Part shown: positions 59,017 to 64,000 of the stretch, piece by piece
Layout: each line of letters begins with the position of its first letter
How positions within the stretch are numbered: position 1 is the stretch's first letter
Assembly: GCA_963755125.1 (NCBI GenBank)
Contig: CAVWIP010000012.1
Span: 288,001 to 352,000 of the forward strand
Length of the DNA: 64,000 nt
Source: an uncultured delta proteobacterium
GTDB taxonomy: Bacteria; Myxococcota_A; Polyangia; Fen-1088
Direction of reading: 5' to 3'
The notes under the pieces: model-generated
What the model was told of the DNA's origin: nothing
The model's database searches: none
Seen by the model: the letters and a program-made list of their open reading frames with translations, nothing else
Made by a program: the position numbers and the translations under genes

Positions 59017-59952
59017 GTGCTGCGCGAAATCCTTGCTTCTCTCGCGATGATGGCGCCGTTGTGCCTGTCGGCCAGCGGTGGGAGCGTACTGCCCGAGCAA
59101 CAGGCACCACGACGTTTCTTGGCCAGTTCCGCGGCCAGCGGCGAAGGTGACGGCCAGCCTACCGACTCGCGCCAAGGCTTGGGGAGTGAGCCGGGGGCGA
59201 GCGCGCCAGTGCATGCGGCCGCGTCCCCGACGACATTCCCACACTACTTGATTCCTCTCCCGGGCGAAGGGCCGGCCGCGGCCCACGGCCCGGCAGAGCG
59301 CCTGGTGCTGCTGACCTTCGACGACGGCCCTGACTTGCAGGGCACGCCGCTCATTCTGGACGAGCTGGACCGCCGCAACTTGAAAGCGGTGTTCTTCGTC
59401 ATGGGCCAGCACATCGTGCGCAACCGGCCCGAGGATCTGGCGCGGCGCGATCTGCTGCGCAAGCTGGCGGTGCACGGGCACCACGTGGGCAACCACACCA
59501 TGAACCACAAGGATCTCTGCCAGAACCCCGGCGCGCTGGCCGAGGAAGTCGACCACGCCGCCGAGCTCATCACCTACGCCACCGGCGTGCGGCCGCTGCT
59601 CTTTCGCGCGCCCTACGGGGCCCGTTGCCGTTCGCTGGATCGGGCGCTGGCCGAGCGCGATTTGATCCAGGTGGGCTGGAACGCGGACCCGCAGGAATGG
59701 CGCGGCGACGGCGAGAGCGCGATCTTCGCCTACGTCACCAACCGACTGGCCCACGCCTCTGCGCCTGTGATCTTGCTCCTGCACGACAAGAACCTGGCTG
59801 CCGTGCATGCCTTGCCGCGCATCCTCGACTGGATCGAGCAGGAAACGGCGCGCGTGGCACGTGAAGGCGGCGTGCCCATCCGCATCGTGGACTACTCGGT
59901 TCTCTTGCCCGTCCAGCAGACGACGCTTCAAGCGCGTTCGCTCGCGCGGTAG
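59017..59952 (+). CDS. Polysaccharide deacetylase (CE4/NodB)
   Basis: LTFDDGP, GNHTMNH, FRAPYG, ILLLHD. Confidence 0.92.
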   Translation: MLREILASLAMMAPLCLSASGGSVLPEQQAPRRFLASSAASGEGDGQPTDSRQGLGSEPGASAPVHAAASPTTFPHYLIPLPGEGPAAAHGPAERLVLLTFDDGPDLQGTPLILDELDRRNLKAVFFVMGQHIVRNRPEDLARRDLLRKLAVHGHHVGNHTMNHKDLCQNPGALAEEVDHAAELITYATGVRPLLFRAPYGARCRSLDRALAERDLIQVGWNADPQEWRGDGESAIFAYVTNRLAHASAPVILLLHDKNLAAVHALPRILDWIEQETARVAREGGVPIRIVDYSVLLPVQQTTLQARSLAR

Positions 59953-59973
59953 ATTCATGGGCCGGACAAGCCC

Positions 59974-61413
59974 ATGACCGCGACCATCCTGATCGTCGAC
60001 GACGAGAAGAACATCCGCCGGACCGTGCGCATGGTGCTCGAGGGCGAGGGCTACACCGTGGAAGAGGCTGCCAGCGGCGAGGAGGCGCTGGCCCGCCTGC
60101 CTGACGTCGTCCCGGACCTGATCCTCCTCGACGTGCAACTGCCGGGCATCTCCGGCCTGGACCTGCTGGAGTCGCTGAAGAAGGCCAAGGCCGCCTTGGT
60201 CGCTCGCACGGCTTCGCTGCCCGACCCTGGCGTCATCATGATTTCGGGCCATGGAACCCTGGCCGATGCCGTGCGCGCGACCAAGGCGGGCGCCTACGAT
60301 TTTCTCGAGAAGCCAATCGACCGCGAGCGCCTGATGGTCACCCTGCGCAACGCGCTCGAGCGCCGAGCCATGGCGGGCGAGGTGGCCGGGCTGCGCGCGC
60401 TCACCGAGGGCCGCTGGGAGATGGTGGGCCGAAGCCCGGCCATGACCGCACTGTTCTCGCAGATCGACAAAGTGGCTCCCACCCGCACGCGCGTGCTCAT
60501 CACCGGGGAATCGGGCACGGGCAAAGAGCTGATCGCGCGCGCCATCCATCGCGAGAGCGCGCTCGCCGACCGGCCCTTCGTCAAGGTGAACTGCGCGGCC
60601 ATTCCGCCCGACCTGATCGAATCCGAGCTGTTCGGGCACGAACGCGGCGCCTTCACCGGCGCGGCGGCCCGCAAGAAGGGACTGTTCGAAATTGCCGACG
60701 GAGGCACGATTTTTCTCGACGAGATCGGCGACATGGCCCTGCCCGCGCAAGCCAAGGTGCTGCGCGTGCTGCAGTCAGGAGAGCTGTCGCGGGTGGGCGG
60801 CGAGCAGACCCTCAAGGTCGACGTTCGCGTGCTGGCGGCCACGAACCAGGACTTGACCGCGGCGGTGGCAGCGGGACGCTTTCGCGAGGATCTCTATTTT
60901 CGGCTGGCCGTGGTGCCCCTGCGGGCTCCTCCGCTGCGCGAACGCAGCGAGGATATTCCGCTGCTCTGTCAGGCATTCGTGCAGCAGTGCGCGCGGGAAA
61001 ATGGCCTCAAGGAAAAGTCGATCGTGCCCGAGGCGCTGGCCGTGCTTTCTGGCTTCGAGTGGCCCGGCAACGTGCGCGAGTTGCGCAACGTGATCGAGCG
61101 TCTGGTCATCCTGTCCGAGGACCCCATCGGTGTGGGCGATCTGCCCGAGGAGATTGTGACCGAGGTTTCGCGCAAGAACCGGCCCGAGCGCGCGGTGGCC
61201 GCCCTGGCTCTTCCGCCCGAAACGCGCAGCCTGCCCTTGCGCGAGCTTCGCGATCTGGTCGAGCGGCAGTACATCCTATCCAAGCTGGATGAGAACGGCT
61301 GGAACATCTCGCGCACCGCCCAGGTTCTCGACATCGAGCGCACCAACCTGCACAAGAAGATGCGGGCACTCGGCATCTCGCGCGACGACCGACGCGAGCA
61401 GGGCCAGGGCTGA
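59974..61413 (+). CDS. Sigma54-dependent response regulator (NtrC/NtrX family)
   Basis: REC domain, GESGTGKE, GAFTGA, FLDEIGD, WPGNVREL, Fis-type HTH. Confidence 0.95.
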   Translation: MTATILIVDDEKNIRRTVRMVLEGEGYTVEEAASGEEALARLPDVVPDLILLDVQLPGISGLDLLESLKKAKAALVARTASLPDPGVIMISGHGTLADAVRATKAGAYDFLEKPIDRERLMVTLRNALERRAMAGEVAGLRALTEGRWEMVGRSPAMTALFSQIDKVAPTRTRVLITGESGTGKELIARAIHRESALADRPFVKVNCAAIPPDLIESELFGHERGAFTGAAARKKGLFEIADGGTIFLDEIGDMALPAQAKVLRVLQSGELSRVGGEQTLKVDVRVLAATNQDLTAAVAAGRFREDLYFRLAVVPLRAPPLRERSEDIPLLCQAFVQQCARENGLKEKSIVPEALAVLSGFEWPGNVRELRNVIERLVILSEDPIGVGDLPEEIVTEVSRKNRPERAVAALALPPETRSLPLRELRDLVERQYILSKLDENGWNISRTAQVLDIERTNLHKKMRALGISRDDRREQGQG

Positions 61414-61470
61414 GCGACGCACCGGCGCAGGGGGCTTCGCAACGGGCGGGCTTCGTGCTACCGATCATGT

Positions 61471-61968
61471 ATGCCCGAACGTAAGGCGCGTGCCAAGGCG
61501 GCGGTGCTGGCGTCCAGCCAGAGGATCGAAAAGATGCTGGGCGACAACTCTGCCTATCGCAAGGTCGAGGATGGTTTCTTCGTCATCAAGCAGGGGTCAT
61601 CGCGCGTGATGATTCGCGTGCACCCGTGGAAGGACCACGCCGTGATTCGCCTGGCCGCCCAGTTGGTCAAAGGCGTGACCATGGAGGCGCCACTGGCCCT
61701 CGAACTCCTGGAGCTGAACGCGGTCCTGCGCTTCGGATCGTTTGCTTACGTGCCTGCCGGAGACGCGGTGATCCTTTGCTACACCTTGGTCGACCGCGAG
61801 CTGGCCTCGCGCGAGGAGTTTCTGGAAACCATCCGCGACTTCGCCTTCGTGGCCGATGAGTACGATGATCGCATTGCGGCCCGCTACGGCGGCCAGACCA
61901 TGGAGGATCTGCTGGAAGAAAGCGTGCTCGATCATCTGCGCGAACCGGGCGGCCCCGAGCCGCGGTAG
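61471..61968 (+). CDS. YbjN/CesT-like chaperone-fold protein
   Basis: LLELNAVLRFGSF...ADEYDDRIAARYGG pattern; small acidic protein. Confidence 0.65.
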   Translation: MPERKARAKAAVLASSQRIEKMLGDNSAYRKVEDGFFVIKQGSSRVMIRVHPWKDHAVIRLAAQLVKGVTMEAPLALELLELNAVLRFGSFAYVPAGDAVILCYTLVDRELASREEFLETIRDFAFVADEYDDRIAARYGGQTMEDLLEESVLDHLREPGGPEPR

Positions 61969-62030
61969 TACCGGAGGCCGGAGCCGGTTCGGATTCGGAT
62001 CCTGCTGCCGGTCCCGGCCCCGGAACCGGA

Positions 62031-63824
62031 TCAAGGCTTCTGCGGTGTGGATCGTAGAAGTTGCGCGCGCTTCAGGTCGTCCCGCGCCTCGTCCTCCATC
62101 CCGAGACGGTGGTAGACCAGGCCGCGTTTTTCAAAGAAGGCCGGATTGCCCACTGGCGACGCCGCGATGGCGCGATCGAAGTCGTCCCGTGCTTCGGGGT
62201 AGCGGCCGGCCAGAAAATAGATGTTTCCCCGGTTGAAGTAGTTACTCGCTTCCATCGGCCGCAGACTTATCGCCTGGCTTTCATCGGCCAGGGCCTCCGC
62301 GTATCGGCCCAGGCGCACGTAGGTGACGGCGCGGTCATTGAAATAGGCAGACCTGCGCTTGCTGGCATGAGCAGGGCCCAAGGAAGGCTGTACGCGCAGG
62401 GCCGAGTCGTAGTCCGCCAGTGCTTTCTCGTATTCACCCCGATCGTAGTAGTAGGACGCGCGATTGTTGTAGGCCTCCGTGTTCCATGGCTCGTGTGCAA
62501 GAACGTGACTCCACAGGGTTTCGCTGTTCTTCCACACGCCGATCTGTCGCACCGACTGCCAAGACAAGAGACCGAGCAAGAGCAGACCTGCCGTCAGCAC
62601 CGTCGCCTTCTTCCACCAAGCGGACGCGACGGGCAGCCCGTCCCAGAGAAGACCGAAGCCGGCTGCGACAAAAGCGACCAGCGATACGCTGGGCAGGTAG
62701 GTGTAGCGGTCGGCCATAGACTGGGGCCCGATCTGAACGATGCCCAGGACCGGCAAGAGCACGACCAGGTACGACGCCAACACGGCGGCAAACACCGGCT
62801 GCCGCTTCACCGTTGCCAGGCATGCCACCACCGCCGCTGCCATCACCACGACGGGGACGCCGAAGTCCCACGACAGCAGCGACACATGCATGGGATACGA
62901 ATAGAAAGGCAGCAGGCCCCTGGGCAGCACCGTCTTGGCGAGGTACATCGCCGCCGCCTTGGTCGCCACCAGAACCCTGGTACCCAGGGTCACCTCGGCC
63001 AGCGGTCGGAAGGCGCCACTTGCCCTCTGCGCCAGCACGGTCACCGTCGCCAGGCCCAGATCCAGCAGGAAGAAGGGGATTTTCTCCAGCAGAAGGCGGC
63101 GCAAACCGGCGTTCTCCAGCCGGCGCAGCGGATACCAGTCGATGATCAGCAGAACCAAGGGAAAGCTCAGCGCCATGGGTTTGCTCAGCAGCGACAAGAC
63201 GAAGCACAAGAGCGTCGCGAGATAGCACTGATCGGTCCGCGGCCAGGTTGCAACCGCCGCGCGTCGCGCGTAGCGCAGGTAACTGAGTACGCCGAGGAGA
63301 TAGAAGAGCGCCGACAGCAGGTCTTTGCGCTCCGATACCCAAGCCACTGACTCGACACGGAGCGGATGCAAGCCGAAGAGCAGGCCGGCCGCAGCCCCCG
63401 CGGCGAGCACGGCTGGCCGCGATAGCGCACGGCCTGCCGCGCGGGCCTGCAGCAGTCGCATTGCCACCAGCACGACCAGAGCCACATTCAACCCGTGCAG
63501 CAGAATGCTGGTCAGATGATGCCCGAGCGGGCGCAGACCCCAGATCGCGTAGTCCACGGCATGCGAGATCATGGTCAGGGGGTGCCAGTTGCCGCTGGCC
63601 GCATGGACATGAGTGAACGCCCGCAACAGTGAGGAAGGGGCGAGACTCCTAATCTGCGGATTGTTGTAGACGTAGATGTCGTCGTCCCAGCCGACGAAGC
63701 CGTTGCGCAGCGCCGGCAGGTACAGCAGGACCACTGCGAACGCTACGGCCAGTGTGGCCAACCAAAGCGGGAGCTGCCCTTCTGTTTTCTCGTTGGCTGG
63801 CCGGCCTGGCTTGGGAGCGAACAT
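62031..63824 (-). CDS. TMTC-like membrane glycosyltransferase with C-terminal TPRs
   Basis: FVGWDD, NWHPLT, HPLRVESVAWVSERKD, LLSKP, ADRYTYLP, LWSH, TPRs; start uncertain. Confidence 0.82.
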   Translation of the reverse strand: MFAPKPGRPANEKTEGQLPLWLATLAVAFAVVLLYLPALRNGFVGWDDDIYVYNNPQIRSLAPSSLLRAFTHVHAASGNWHPLTMISHAVDYAIWGLRPLGHHLTSILLHGLNVALVVLVAMRLLQARAAGRALSRPAVLAAGAAAGLLFGLHPLRVESVAWVSERKDLLSALFYLLGVLSYLRYARRAAVATWPRTDQCYLATLLCFVLSLLSKPMALSFPLVLLIIDWYPLRRLENAGLRRLLLEKIPFFLLDLGLATVTVLAQRASGAFRPLAEVTLGTRVLVATKAAAMYLAKTVLPRGLLPFYSYPMHVSLLSWDFGVPVVVMAAAVVACLATVKRQPVFAAVLASYLVVLLPVLGIVQIGPQSMADRYTYLPSVSLVAFVAAGFGLLWDGLPVASAWWKKATVLTAGLLLLGLLSWQSVRQIGVWKNSETLWSHVLAHEPWNTEAYNNRASYYYDRGEYEKALADYDSALRVQPSLGPAHASKRRSAYFNDRAVTYVRLGRYAEALADESQAISLRPMEASNYFNRGNIYFLAGRYPEARDDFDRAIAASPVGNPAFFEKRGLVYHRLGMEDEARDDLKRAQLLRSTPQKP

Positions 63825-64000
63825 GCGGGTCACGGAACGCCTGCACGCTGGGCTACAGGTGCCTGCAAGCCAGGCCATTGTGCGGTTTCGTGCCCTCGGC
63901 CGCAACCGACGGAGCGAAAACGGATGCCGGCATGCCAATCCACAAAACCGACGGCGCGGATCGAAAGGGTAGCATATTCACGACCGTTTGACGCGACTCA

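Noticed and set aside
61471..61968. Type III secretion system
   Set aside because: Only a lone chaperone-fold gene; no apparatus genes.
61969..62030. CCGGAN-type hexamer run between convergent genes
   Set aside because: Degenerate low-complexity spacer with no clear structure.

Overview
High-GC chromosomal segment. A MYXO-CTERM tail, Cys-rich and Thr/Gly/Ser-linker lipoproteins, a TraB-like TSP3/OmpA protein and a sigma54 regulator point to a Myxococcota (probably Polyangia-like) bacterium; this is inferred from gene content. Most of the window is housekeeping or envelope genes: gltX, truD, fusA, folE, two leuB-family genes, ssb, HU, Slt, an Omp85-family protein, exbB/exbD/tonB, two flotillins, a two-component system, glycosyltransferases and an ABC exporter. 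Two small accessory islets are present (orphan ORF + HigBA-type TA; HNH nuclease + HicBA). I saw no rRNA, tRNA, CRISPR array, integrase, reverse transcriptase or intact transposase. The most unusual signals are non-coding or sub-genic. (1) A three-copy double-hairpin REP-like family with compensatory base changes. (2) An internally deleted IS1182-like element with 22/23-nt terminal inverted repeats whose right end overlaps the apparent truD start. (3) A second MITE-like element. (4) A 123-bp copy of an internal leuB segment beside an IS91-like remnant, one of several intergenic mosaics of gene scraps. (5) Many apparently leaderless promoters, including one bidirectional -10 shared by a SRAP/YedK gene and a 20-Cys protein. 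The best candidate protein system is an ExbB-ExbD-TonB motor followed by a TraB-like outer-membrane protein with a degenerate OmpA domain and no TonB-dependent receptor nearby. All family calls come from motif recognition by eye; no searches were run.
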